Notes under the pieces: generated by a model | The model's input: only the letters and a program-made list of their open reading frames with translations | What the model was told of the DNA's origin: nothing | The model's database searches: none | Made by a program: the position numbers and the translations under genes | Part shown: positions 1-15,755 of the stretch, piece after piece | How the letters are laid out: each line of letters begins with the position of its first letter | How positions within the stretch are numbered: position 1 is the stretch's first letter | Origin: the human T2T-CHM13v2.0 reference genome, Homo sapiens | NCBI RefSeq assembly: GCF_009914755.1 | Contig: NC_060934.1 | Strand: one strand, 5' to 3' | DNA: 64,000 nt

Positions 1-2304
1 CAAGTCCTCAGTACTTTAACTGCCCATCAAGAGATATCACCTTAGAAACATATTAGAACAAAATGTTGCAGCTCCCTTCTTGAGAGGTGTCAGCATGTTC
101 TTTTTGTTACATAGATCACCAACTGCTAGACTATGTATGTCCAAAAACATTCTATCCCATATGTTCAGAACAGTGCTGGACCCTATGTACAGCACAGAAG
201 TATACAAAATAAAGAACATATCCATATCCTTATGGAACTTACAACCTATTTAAGAAAATGGCTTATGAGAATAACAGAAAACATATAATAGCTACCAATT
301 ATACTAAACACATGTCAGGTGCAATGTTAAGTCCTTTATACATATTTCATAGGACTTACTTTATACTTGATATATTGTTTCCTCAAAGCAAGCTATTTAA
401 GTTAGGGTTATTTTTCCGATGCTTTTTAAAAAGAAACTCAGGTATCCAGTACAAACAGTCTAACCAGGTTTGGGTAACTACAAAGCTCACACTCTAATCA
501 CTGTACTACATGGATTCTCAATGAGTATATCATCAATCAAATGCTAAATTGTATGACACAAATAAAAGCTAAGAATGGCAAAGAGTGAAGAGTTATATTG
601 ACTAGAGGTCACAGGAGGAGGTGTTATGAGGGAGGCTAGACTTCAGTTTGACTTTAAAGAATGATTTAAGTATGTAAAATGAAACGGGCTGTACATTCTA
701 AATACGAAGTTATATAAACCTTGTGCACAGGTCAGAAGGCAAGAATAGTATGCCGTGATCAGAGAGACAAGAATCAGATACGTGATGTGTTCCAACATGC
801 ATGCAGGTCTGAAGTACAATAATTTAATTTTACATATTTTTATATCAATGTCTAAATGTGCTTTAGTCTATATAATGTTCAACTCAATAATGTCAACTTT
901 AATTTATATCAAAAGACTTCAGAAGCCTCTGGAAATGGATGTGTTTTATAATGTTATTATAAGTTTTAAGGGTAGATAAAGAGAGGAATGAATTACATTA
1001 GAGTCCACATTATCAAACCTTATTTTGTTTTACTTCACAAAACGAAAGCTCTAAGGAAACCTCTTGATTTATAAGCACTCAAATTAATACATAAATCTGA
1101 GATCGATATAATAGCTGGAACTTGTTATTACCATTCCTATGTCACACCAACTAGAAGGATGAAAACCAAGTAGTCCAAGCAGATAAACTCCAAGACTGTA
1201 CCTGCCTTTCGATAGTAAGAACCAAAAGAGTGTCCAAATTCTCCGGTTAATCCTGCTTTGTCATCCGTTTACTTTAGGCTGATTCATCCCAGTAAACCCA
1301 CCACCTCACCTATCACAGCCTCCTCTCACACCTTTTCCAATCAAAGCTATTTCAACATTAGTCTTTTTGAAAGTAGGAAAATGTAGAGATGTTGTGCCCT
1401 GACCCAAGGAATAGCTGATGTGCAGGCACTCACTCTTTTAAATAAATAAATACTAAGTTCAGACCTAGGAAAGAAAGCACAGTAACCTCAGAAAAACAGA
1501 AGTGAGAGAATGGAGCAAAGAACTCCAGTAGTCTTATCTTGTGCCGAGAAAGAAATCTCTCAAAGATGATGTTAAAAATATCATAGAAGGGGACAGAAAA
1601 TAAAACCTAATGGATGACTCCAATAAAATAATTATAGTCAATTCATTGGACATCCATAATTCAGAGTTAACACTGGCATTTTCTGTTTGTTTTAAAAAAT
1701 GGATAGAAGAATAAAATATGTTAGGAGAAAACCTCAATAATACATAGGGGCAAGGGAAAATCTCTCAGCCCTTGGTATCCAGGAAACCAAAGGCTTATGC
1801 TCTTTTGAATTTTAAATGTGTAGCAAAACACATTGATTTTAATTGCCTATAATCTGAGGTCAAACCTTTTGGCATGGTTCTTTGTTCATAGCAACAACAC
1901 CACCAATAATATTTACTGAGGATTTGCCATGAGTCAGATACTGTTAGGAGCACTGGAGAGGATACAGCATTAAAGGTGACAGACGAGGCCCTGTCCTTTT
2001 GGAGCTTATGTTCTGTCCCAGTGCGGAATGATAAATATGGTTGGACCAGGGAACAAACCATGACTAATTCTCTAATACAAAGAATACCACCTTATAAAGA
2101 GGAAACTTTCTTGCTAAACTGGCAATTTTACAGAGGCCTGAATCTTTTCCATTAGAAGAAAAACACTTTCTGGCGTGTGCTTCATCAGGTTTTGGAGCTT
2201 TAAAGGAATAGAATGCGAGATAAAAGATAAATCCCATCAAGCTAGAGAAGAGCTGATGTTCTGACCCTTTGACCCTGCCCATCAAGAAGACATAACACTC
2301 CAGG

Positions 2305-2470
2305 TTTGAAGTCAGACTTGATTTAGATTTGAAGCCCAGTTTCACGCCTTATTAGCTCCATGACCTTAGGCATGTTACTTAACTTCCTTAACAATTTTCT
2401 CATCTGTAAAATGGTGCTAACAAAAGCCACCTCACTGTATTGTTATAAGCATTTAAAGATTCAATTCATA
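2305..2470 (+). mobile_element. MIR (tRNA-derived SINE) fragment
   Basis: MIR core motifs tgaccttaggcatgttacttaac...ttttctcatctgtaaaatgg. Similar relics near 8780-8940, 15060-15260 (minus), 19620-19790, 23165-23330 and 23810-24020. Confidence 0.65.
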
Positions 2471-4160
2471 AATGTTTAAATCATACCATGTGCCATATGC
2501 TTTTCATTTAATAAATAGTATAGATGATTTATATAGGCATATATGTATACACTCCATGTGCTCATCTTTTCTTTATGCACATATAATTTACCCATCTATC
2601 CTCAATGCCATTCTCCCAGAGTTCTACCCTTCTGCCCCTGAGGCATTTACATTCTTCCAAATTCACAATTAGCTAATAAAAGAATCCAATCACTGAAAAT
2701 GTGTTAATGAGAAACGATAACAGAAGAGTACAGTGACTACTGCCTGCCAGCTCAAATACCCCTCCATGGTAAAATATGGTTTTGGAAACAAAACTGTACT
2801 AAAAATTGCATAGGCCGGAGGAGTGACTCTGGTGTGAACGCTAAGCAGCATCCTCTGGGGGTTTGTTATAGTAGCACTCAGTAACCATCAAGTGCTAATA
2901 CCTAGATCATCATTAATTTTTTTAAAAAAACAAAACTTAAATGGACATTGTATCCTTTTTCATGTAAATTAATGTGTCTGCAAAAAGAATGTATTTGCCC
3001 TGGAACATTCTATAAAACAAATATAACCCCTAGGAAAATAAGGCCATAGAAAGGTTAAATGTCCATGTAACATCTGTGATAGAGCAATACCTAGAACACA
3101 ATTCTCTTTTTGGCCCAGTAATTCTAGACCATATCATGTTGACTTAATGAGATTTAACTAAAAATAGAAAATTCTGCTTTGAAAACCTTCATCCAAAAGG
3201 ATCCAAAACTTGTGAATTAGGCAATGGTGAGAATGCCACACCCTTTGCTACTCTAAGAGGAAAGTCTCTCAAGTGATCGACTCGAGGCCTGGCCATGCAA
3301 GTCAGACATTTAGTCATTTTTCTAGACTCTATCCATCATGGAGCACATTACCGAATTTCATGCAACCTCATTTAAACATTTAACTGGCTGTTCTGATCGG
3401 AATAAACCTTTGGTGGAAGTAAAAGCTTGACAACGCTGACACCTAGTGGCTGTGAAGAAACTGGAGCAGATTCAGCCTAGGAAGAGTAGTGAGCTACTGT
3501 GGCAGTGTCTCCAAAACACACAGCATTTAATCATGATGAATATTAGGTTATAAAGTACCAGTTCTAAAACAAACCCTATAAAAGTTTATTTCAGCTCTCT
3601 ATTTATCTAGGGGCCTACAAAAGGAGGCAATTAAAAACCTTGTATTTGAAAAGTAAATCTTCCTTCAATCTTCCACACTTAGCAAATTACTCATCTTCAA
3701 AGATCAAAGAAAACTAAAGATCAATTCATATTTTGGCATATTTATGACTATTTTCCTTAATGTTGCATGTACACCCACAACCTTATCCTGGTCTTCAGGT
3801 GATTTTTCTCCCCAGGTCAAATATAAAAGCCAACTGGCCAAGCCATTATAGAGACTCCCTTTATGCCTCTGAAGCGTCCCTAGTCAAAGGGTAGTTGGAT
3901 TTTCACAAACCAGCAGGAATTTTCTTTAAGAGAGGTATAAGGACACATGTGGAAACCCCTAAAGTACACATCTAAAAGCAAGGACCACATTGAACACTGT
4001 GGGAAGCCATATGAACACAGCAGATCAGCACAGCACAACCTGTATCTGCTCTAACCATTAGAAGATAAGTTTCCTCAGACCCACCTGCACCTCTGACAGG
4101 CAGGATGGCAGGAAGCCTAAAGTGTTCATCTCCTCCACCAAGGAGAGCTCTGACTCCTAC

Positions 4161-4280
4161 CTGCTGACGTTTGAAGGCTAAATAATCCAAATTTTCCAGC
4201 TCCTTCCCAAGCTTCTGGTAGGTTTTCTGGAGGTCAGATTTGTTGGCAACATTTTTGAGAGACTCAAATGTCCTTTGAAA
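4161..4280 (-). CDS. CTNNA3: CTNNA3 (alpha-T-catenin) internal coding exon, 120 bp, phase 0/0 (probably exon 5): FQRTFESLKNVANKSDLQKTYQKLGKELENLDYLAFKRQQ
   Basis: Peptide recognised as alpha-T-catenin N-terminal domain. Minus-strand acceptor ttttcaatttcag|TTT at 4281/4280 and donor CAG|gtagga at 4161/4160. In frame with the exon at 21822-21988 (...QHVSA|FQRTF...). Confidence 0.96.
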
Positions 4281-6441
4281 CTGAAATTGAAAACAAAAGT
4301 AGATCATTAGGATAGCAGCAGATTTTTCTCAAATTCTCAACTTGCTAACACGAAGAGTCGATAATGAGCCTCAGTTTCTCCCATTCATAATACAGTGATA
4401 ACAAATGCTAGCTAATTATCTTTCAATGAAATAATTAGGGACACAGAAAGAGTTATAAACCATATTCTAAGTATAACCAACATTACTGCATGCATGAGAA
4501 GCCTGTTCAGTCCTCATTCTAACAAAAGAGCATACTTCATTTAAAAAAAATAAAAAAGAAAGTTCATCTTTTAGGATATACTTCTGCTTTAAAATTTTTT
4601 AGAAAGCACTGTGAATGTATAATTTTAAATCATAATGAGGAAGCATTAAAGAGTGCTCACATTTCAATCATGGAAACAAACAAATTTATGAAAATGTAGT
4701 TGCTTACACGATATTTTGCTATAATGGCATGGAATCTGGCTTGCCTCTATAATAATATCTATGCAGAATAGGTCACCCAACAAACTTCAGCAAGAAAGAT
4801 CTCTCAGAGCTTGTATTTTGAGAAGGAAGGAAAACTTAACATTTTGATGATCAAAGCATATGTGGCATGTTCAGCAAACATTTATTCATTTCTGCTCTAT
4901 AACACAGATGAGCTATGAGCAGATGAGTTATGATCAGAAAGAGAGTTCTGATCAGTTCTGCTGAATCAGAATGCTCCTATTCTTTTTAAATCAGATACTA
5001 GATAAATACAAAGGTGAAAAATTGCAACGAACCACAGAATACTGTCTGCTACTAATAATTAATTAAGCAAAGGAAGCTCACAAGAAATTGGATTCTTGGT
5101 TTATTTTCATAAATTAGAACATACTTTGGAGGGTTAGTGATTGAAAATGTCAAGTAATGTAATTTGCAAGACATTTGCATTTGCTCTCTCTTTATGTCAT
5201 TTATTTCCCATATTCTCACTCTGTGCCATTAGACAGATTTCTACAGATAGAGACTTGACCATCTTAAACACACCAGAACTCCACTGTGACTATGATGCCA
5301 TGAGACAGGCTAATAAGATTTTATAGAATATAATTAAGTTTCCAGGGAAATGATTTGACCCTTACTATATCAAACTCTATGAAATAAGTCATATTAAAAT
5401 GGCATTCTACTGAATTAAATCCCTAATTTCATGAAAGCAACATGTTTATCTCAATCCAAGGTGACAGAGGGAAAAGAAATGGGAAATAACAGTGCTAAGC
5501 TTCCATGACAGGACAGTAAATTAAATTCAACAAATAATCATTTAGAACCTACTATGCACAAAGCACTATGAATATAAAAGACATTTCCTGCCCTGAAGGA
5601 ACTCATACCACTGGAGAAACTAGACATGAAATTCGGAAATGAGATGGACACTGACACTTACTGAGTGCCCACTCAGCCCCAGGTACTTGATGCTTTCCAA
5701 TTTAATCTTCACAAGAACCACAGGAGTTCCTATTTCTCTTCTCATTCTATAATTGAGTAAACTGGGTTTCAGAAAGTTTGATTGAACTGGGTTTTTATTA
5801 CAACATTCATGTTCTTTCTACTCTATCCTTAACTCTAACACAAGGCAAGGTAGTAAAGAGAGTGCAAAAAAAGAGAGATAAAGGTAACATTGGTGAAAAC
5901 TCGGAAAACTCACTGATACTGACACTGACGGAGGGACTCAGACCACGTAGAAGACGTAAGACAATTTGAGTTGGGCCCCAAAGGACAGGAAGTCTTTTAA
6001 GAGTCTGACGTGGAAACCAATTCTACCCAACATATTAAACACAGCCAAAATCAGTTCATTTTCCCCCACTTATAACAATAAACAAGTTCCTTTCAACATA
6101 ATTTTAATGACCTTTATATGAAATATTTATTATATTGTATAATCATTTCTGTGCCTTGCCCATTTCTTGGTTCATTCTCACTATGTTCAAATCAAAATAA
6201 AACCTTATCTAAGATTCTAAAAAATTTAAGTAATTTTATCTATGATTTAATTAATACAAGCTATTTTACTGACAAATCCATTTAACTCTAAAGCATGTTT
6301 TAGCCCCTGCACTTTGTCTTCCCTAAGAAATATTAGCTCTACTTCTTAAAATATTTTTTCTTCATATTTATCTCTGTAAACATTATACAACTCCAAATGG
6401 GAACTTTAGAGCAAACACACTTGTAAAGAGTGTTCAAAATA

Positions 6442-6739
<298 letters not shown>

Positions 6740-9226
6740 GAGTGTTCAAAATAAGAAACACAGAAAACCAACACTTCAGGTAATATGCCCATGGCCAAAG
6801 GAGAAATGGAGAAAATCCAGTAACAATACATGATCACAAGAATGTTTTAACTAAAGGTCGGACTTTGTATAATATGGAGATTTCAGCTTGAACTTTTGTT
6901 ATCAGGAATTATATCCTCCATTTATTGATAATAAAGAGTTCAAAATACTGTAAAACCATGATAATTTCATTCATTTAAGCAGTTTTTTTTGCTTACAACA
7001 ATAATTAATTGTCAAGGAGAGGTCATATGAAAGCTGTGGTATAGCTCTGGCTTAGCTCCCTATTAAACACACCCCATCCCCACCTGCACACATGTACGCT
7101 TAAAGATACTAAAGAGTGAAAGCAATAATCTTACTTTCCAAGTGATGCTGAAGTACAGAAGATAAAAGTTAGGTTGAGGCCTAGGTTTTAAAGAGTATTC
7201 ACTTGGCTTGAAGATTTTTCTAATAGGCCACAATGGTTAATCATTGAAACAAACCTCCAAGATTTTCTATATTTGTTCAGTACATGATAATTTTCTTATA
7301 TTGATTATTTCTCCAAATAAATGATCTCCCAGTTGGAGACAAGTTGGGGAAAGGAAGCACAATTAATTGAAGAGATTTTTAATACTGCTGGATTTTACTT
7401 ATTCATAGTTTTGAGTGGGAATTTAAAATGAGCCAAAAACCCCAGAATAATTTGTTGAACCTTGAATTTATCCTGTGTTTTTTTTTTTAACTCGTTATAA
7501 ACCAAACTCAAACTTTAAAAAGCTCAGTGAATTAGACTAAACCCAAAACAAACCTTGGACATACAAGATAAGAATGGGTAGAGGAAAACAATATCCCTAA
7601 GCCCAGCACTTGCTGGAAAAGTAAGCACTGTCAACACTCCCAGAGTGTGTTTTCTCATCAAATTATTTCTGCTCAGAAATAATAATAGTAATCCATCAAA
7701 TAAAACAGCAGAAACTATAATTGCTCATCTCACATTAAAATAGCTGACAAATTATTTTGCAAGAAAGAGAAGCATAGAAAAGGCAACAGGAAAATGTCTA
7801 CTTTGTCTCAGCAGTCCCTTTTCCCAGATACATTTTTTCTCCTTTTTCCTGACAATACATATATAAATAAATCTAAGCCAGTGTTCTATACAAATTATGC
7901 ATCCAATGAGTTCATGTAAATTATGTAGATTTGTGGAGTAATTTGAGAAAGACACGAAGAAATAGGCTGAAACAGCAGGAAAAAAAAATGCAGCCAAGGC
8001 TCTGGCAAATAAAGTTTTCCTCTCCCTCACTGCCAACGCCCTGGCTTCCTTTTGTAGTCAGATCGATTGATTCAAATAACTCTAGAGCTCCAGCAGCCTA
8101 CTAATTCCCATAATTTAAAAACATCAAGTAGCATTGCTCCAAAACAAGAGCCAGCTCCACAGTCATCATGTTTTCTTATTTAATATTTCATGCATTTATA
8201 CGAGGTGCTGGGTGCTACCTGTAACATGAAAAGAAATCCCATACCCGCAGCGTTATGTGTACAAAAGGGTATACAGTAAGTGCCTGATGGAAAGCATTAT
8301 ATCACCAAGTGTGATCTTAGTGTCCCTAAATCATCTGTTTAAAACAATGCTAAAAGTTTCTGGAGCCTAAAGCAGAAGGAAAGAATAGTCAAAAAAATAA
8401 TATATTGATGCTCTATAAATATTAATACCTAGAGTAAAAAGAAATTGTTTTAAGCATAAGAAATAGCTAATCTACCTTACTTAAATATGGCAACCACAGA
8501 GCAATCAAAAATAAAGTATTACAGAGAAAGAAATTATTTAATGTTTCTGAATTTAATCCATTGACTTTCATATTTTCCAAATGAACTTACAAGATGATAA
8601 TACCACTCAATAAAAAGAAGTTTACAACTGAAGCAGAAAATTAAAGCTCACATACATATCTCAAATGATTTTTTTTTTTTTTTTTTTGCTGTAAGGAATG
8701 ACTATAAAAGTTAAGAACATAGAGCAAAATTGGGCTTGAGATCTAAATTAGAAATAGTTCTATGTAGGTGAAGGCACACTGGCCTTGAGGTCTGAGGTTC
8801 AAGTCCTTGCTATGCCATTTAATAACTGCATCACTTTGGACAAGTCATTATTATTCCAATTTTGATTGTGTTATCTATAACACAGGACAAATTGTCTTTG
8901 CCTGCCTACTTCACTCAGTTGTTGTGAAATCAGTTGAGGAAAAATAAAAGACATTCATTCAACAAATATTTATCAATGAGCAACATACCAGACATGTAAG
9001 AAACAGAGGAAAACAAAAGAGAAACAACTCTTACCCTAACAGATTTTACAATCTAGCTTTATAGGTTACTGCTTTATAAACTTAAAAGTTCCATAAAATT
9101 GAAAAGACCATTGTCATTAAGATCATGACACCTTTCAGTAGTGAATAAGGACTGAACAAAAGGGTCATTCAATAATTGTTTATAGAGCAGCATCACTGTG
9201 CAAAGCACTGGGCTTGACGCTGTGAG

Positions 9227-10636
<1,410 letters not shown>

Positions 10637-10639
10637 CAT

Positions 10640-11130
10640 TACCCTGCTTAAAATTCTTTCATGGTTTCCCCTTAGCTTTCAGACTATAGTTCAAACTTTG
10701 TAACTTAGCACATAGACCTTTCAAATTAGGTCTATGCCTACCTCTCCAGCTTCAACTCTTGTTCCTCTCACACAGTTCACCCTTCATCTCAGCCATTCAG
10801 GACTATTACAAGTCTTTCAGCATACATCCTCTTCTGCAGGTAAAATGCCCTCTGCCCCACTACCTTCTTTCTCTAGTCAACTCTCCAAACTCAGCCACAC
10901 AGTATTCATTTAACATACCCTCTCTTAATACAATTCCAACCTCCATAACACTTTGTACCAACCTCTACCATAATAACATATTGTTAATTTACTTTTTATC
11001 TAGTCTGTAAATTCCAAGAGAGCAGGATCATGATGGTATTTTTAGAAATTTGAATCCCTAGCACATACTAGAGTGATGGTGACTGCCACAAAGTAAGCAC
11101 ACAAAAATAACCATTTGCTGAGGTAATCCA
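10640..11130. mobile_element. L2 LINE 3' fragment
   Basis: Typical L2 3' motifs (ctgcttaaaattctttcatggtttccc; tctgtaaattccaagagagcagga). Confidence 0.55.
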
Positions 11131-11189
11131 TTAATTAATCAAATCAGAGATAACTGGAAAGATGCTGATTCCTTCTTAAAAAATGAAAA

Positions 11190-11760
11190 TTTTACATGGT
11201 TTAAATTTGTATGGTCAAAGGTCATAAAATTTCAATTAAACAGGAGGAATAATCTCAAGAGATCTATTGTACATCATGGTGACTGCAGTTAATACCAATA
11301 AATTATATACATGAAAATTGCTAGAGTAAATTTTAAGTGTTCTCACTACCAAAAATTGATAAGTATAAAAGGTAATGCATATATATTAAGTAGCTTGAGT
11401 TAGCGATTCCAGAATGTATACATGTATTAAAACATCATGTTATATACCATAAATATATATAATTTTTACTTGTCAAAATAGGGGGATATAGAAGGGATGG
11501 TTAATGGATATAAAAATAAAGTTAGATGGAAAAAAATCTGGTGTTTGGTAACATAATAGAAAGACCATAGTTAACAATAACTTATCACATATTTCAAAAT
11601 AACTAAAAGAGTAGAATCAGAATGTTCCTAACACAAAGAAATGATAAATGCTTGAGGTGATGGATATTCCAATTACCCTGATTTGATCATTACACATTAT
11701 ATGCTTTTATCAAAATATCATATATACCCCATAAATAAGTACAACTATTATGTATCTATA
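11190..11760 (+). mobile_element. Two L1MA-type 3' UTR fragments
   Basis: L1MA 3' motifs (gagatctattgtacatcatggtgactgcagttaat; aaagaaatgataaatgcttgaggtgatggatattccaattaccctgatttgatc). Confidence 0.75.
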
Positions 11761-12000
11761 TGAGAACACATGGACACAGGAAGGGGAACATCACACTCTG
11801 GGGACTGCTGTGGGGTCGGGGGAGGGGGGAGGGATAGCTTTAGGAGATATACCTAATGCTAAATGATGAGTTAATGGGTGCAGCACACCAGCATGGCACA
11901 TGTATACATATGTAACTAACCTGCACATTGTGCACATGTACCCTAAAACTTAAAGTATAATAATAATACAATAAATAAAATAAAATAAAATAAAATAAAA
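11761..12000 (+). mobile_element. Short 5'-truncated L1PA 3' end (L1PA2-4-like)
   Basis: tgagaacacatggacacaggaagggg...G-rich tract...gtaccctaaaacttaaagtataataa followed by a (TAAAA)n tail. Confidence 0.9.
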
Positions 12001-12122
12001 TTTAAAAAATATACGTTTGAAAAAAAAATTTCTTCTTCCCTAAAATTTCCAATAGGAAATTCATGACAAATCCAGCAAGTATGCCCTATTTGTCTCTATT
12101 TCTAATTTCTCCTCTTATATCT

Positions 12123-14457
12123 TGATGTGGTTTGGCTGTGTTCCCACCCAAATCTCATCTTGAATTGTAACTCCCACAATTCCCAAGTGTCATGGGAGGA
12201 ACCCGGTGGGAGGTGATTGAATTATGGGGGCAGGTCTTTCCTGCACTGTTCTCGTGATAGTGAATGAGTGTCACGAGATCTGACGGTTTTAAAGATGGGA
12301 GTTTCCCTACACAAGCTCTCTCTTTGCCTGCCGCCATCCACATCAGATGTGACTTGCTCCTCCTTGCTTCCACCATGATTGTGTAGCCTCCCCAGCAAGG
12401 TGGAACTGTAAGTCCATTAAACCTCCTTCTTTTATAAATTGCCCAGTCTCAGGTATGTCTTTATTAGCAGCATGAAAACAGACTAATACAGTAAATTGGT
12501 ACCAGTAGAGTGGGGTGCTGCTGTAGATACCTGAAAATGTGGAAGCAATTTGGGAACTGGGTAACAGGCAGCGGTTGGAACAGTTTGGAGGGCTCAGAAG
12601 AAGACATGAAAATGTGGGAAGGTCTGGAACTTCCTAGAGACTTGTTGAATGGCTTTGCCCAAAATGCTGATAAGCATATGCGCAATAAAGCCCAGGCTGA
12701 GGTGGTCTCAGCTGGAAATGAGGAACTTGTTGGGAACTGGAGCAAAGGTGACTCTTGTTATGTTTTAGCAAAGAGATTGGTGGCATTTTGCCCTGCCCTA
12801 GAGATTTGTGGAAATTTGAACTTGAGAAAGATGATTTAGAGTATCTGGTTTAAGGAACTTCTAAGCAGCAAAGCATTCAAGAGGTGACTTGGGTACTGTT
12901 AAAGGCATTCAGTTTTATAAGGGAAGCAGAGCATAAAGTTTGGAAAATTTGCAACCTGAAAATGTGATAGAAAAGAAAATCACATTTTCTGAGGAAAAAT
13001 TCAAGCCAGCTGCAGAAATTTGCATAAGTAATGAGGAGCCAAATATTAATCCCCAAGACAATGGGGAAAATGTCTCCAGGGCATGTCAGAGGACTTCCCA
13101 GCAGCCCCTCCCATCACAGGCCAGGAAGCCTAAGAGGAAAAAGCAGTTTCATGGGCCAAGCCCAAGGTCCCCATGCTGTGTGCAGCCTAGGGACTTGGAG
13201 CCCTTTGTCCCAGCTGCTCCAGCCGTGGCTGAAAGGGGCCAATGTCGAGCTTGGGCTGTGGCTTCAGAACGCAGCTTCTGAAGCCTTGCCACCTTCCATG
13301 TGGTATTGAGCCTGCAAGTGCATGGAAGTCAAAAATTGAGGTTTGGGAACCTCTGCCTAGATTTTAGAGAATTTATGGAAACGCTTGTATGTCCAGGTAG
13401 AAGTTTGCTGCAGGGGCAGGGCTCTCATGGAGAACCTCTGTTAGGAAGAGTGGAAGGGAAATGTGGTGTTGGAGCCCTCACACAGAGTACCTACTGGGGC
13501 ACCACCTAGTGGAGCTGTGAGAAGAGGGCCACTGTCCTCCAGAACCACCCTAGAATGATAGCTCCACTGACAGCTTGCACTGTGCACCTGGAAAAGCCGC
13601 AGACACTCAATGGCAACCCATGAACACAGCCAGGAGGAAGGCTGTATCCCGCAAAGCCACAGGGGGAGAGCTGCCCAAGACCATGGGAACCCACTTCTTG
13701 CATCAGCATGATCTGGATGTGAGACATGGAGTCAAAGGAGATCATTTTGGAGCTTTAAGATTTGACTGCCCTGATGGATTGTGGACTTACATGGGGCCTG
13801 TAGCCCCTTTGTTTTGACCAATTTGTCCCATTTGTAACAGCTGTATTTACCCAATGCCTGTACCCTCATTGTATCTAGAAAGTAACTAACTTGCTTTTGA
13901 TTTTACAAGCTCATAGGCAGAAGAGACTTGCCTTGTCTTAGATGAGATGTTGAACTGTGGACTTTTGAGTTAATGCTGAAATGAATTAAGACTTTGGGGG
14001 AATGTTGAGAAGGCATGATTAGTTTTGAAATGTGAGGACATGAGATTTGGGAGGGGCTGGGGGCAGAATGATATAGTTTGGCTGTGTCCCCACCCAAATC
14101 TCATCTTGAATTGTAACTCTCACAATTCCCACATGTCATGGGAGGAACCAGTGGGAGGTGATTGAATTACAGGGCCAGGTCTTTCCTGCACTGTTCTCAT
14201 GATAGTGGAAGAGTCTCAGGAGATCTGATGGTTTTAAAAACAGGAGTTTCCCTCCACAAGCTCTCTCTTTGCCTGCTGCCGTCCATGTAAGATGTGACTT
14301 GCTCCTCCTTGCCTTCTGCCATGATTGTGAGGCCTCCCCTCACAATCATGGAATCCACATGGAATCCATGTGGAACTGTAAGTCCATTAAACCTCTTTCT
14401 TTTGTAAATTGCCCAGTATAAAGTATGTCTTTATCAGCAGAGTGAAAACAGAATACA
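12123..14457 (+). mobile_element. Full-length THE1 (MaLR; THE1B/C-like): 5' LTR 12123-12490, internal region 12491-14068, 3' LTR 14069-14457
   Basis: Two direct LTRs (TG...CA) with a typical THE1-int. Polypurine tract before the 3' LTR. 5-bp TSD TATCT/CATCT with one mismatch. Confidence 0.92.
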
Positions 14458-15361
14458 CATCTTAAATACCAGTCTTGACTTGCTCTTTTTCTTTACATCT
14501 TAATATGCTTTTACATATTTTGCCTAAGATCTTCCACAAAATATACATAGCTTCTAACAGCTCTTAATTATACAGTAATTTTCCCTTTATCAGCTGCTGA
14601 TATCTTCAGTAATAAAAGGCTTTAGAAAATCTTTTTGTTGGTACACATCTGCCTTTTAAATAGAGGGTGGCCTCGGAGAGTCTCAGCTGCCAACATGGTA
14701 ATGTGATTTTTCTGTCAATATAAATATTTGTCATAGTCAGAATTATTGTTTGTCCACAAATGCTTTATAAAATTATGTAGCAAATGTTAAATATACATTT
14801 GACAAAAGTTGTTAAATTCTGGACCCATTTCCTGTAAGACACTGGTCTATTACCTAATCCAAAGGGATCAACATTCCCAAAACAAGTAAAACATGACTAT
14901 GGTATGATAAATGGAAAAAGTTAGAAAAGTTAGTTCAACTCAATAGTCAAATTTCCCTTCATTTTTAGGAATAAGTACAACATTTCACTCCAAGGGCCAA
15001 AAAGTGGGAGCAAGATACCAAGGAGAAGAAAGATGGGACAGGGAAAGAAGGTGAAAGAGAACTTATACCAGTTCTTGCCAAGTAATTTATGTCATATATC
15101 ATTCAGTCTTCACAAAACCCTTTCAAGGTATTCGGAATAAGTTTTATTCTCCCCATAACTCAGAAGAAGAAACCAAAGCTCGCAGATTTTTAACTTTCCC
15201 AAAATCACCCAGCTAATCAACAACACAGCCAGGATTCAAGCAAGGTCTCCATGCTGCCAAAAGCCATGTTTTCTTCCCACGATGTCCTGACCCAGTAAGC
15301 AGAAGCCATCCAAACCTATTTTCTTCCAAATAAAATTGACCCTTAGAAATCCAGATGCCAA

Positions 15362-15755
<394 letters not shown>

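Noticed and set aside
3972-4307. 111-aa and 77-aa (21774-22007) ORFs as stand-alone genes
   Set aside because: They are the two CTNNA3 exons plus read-through into intron; splice sites delimit the catenin-matching parts exactly.
12464-14097. Cluster of overlapping ORFs (also 33156-33858 and 26525-27059)
   Set aside because: Chance frames in GC-richer THE1-int, LTR and L1 5' sequence, with no recognisable domains.
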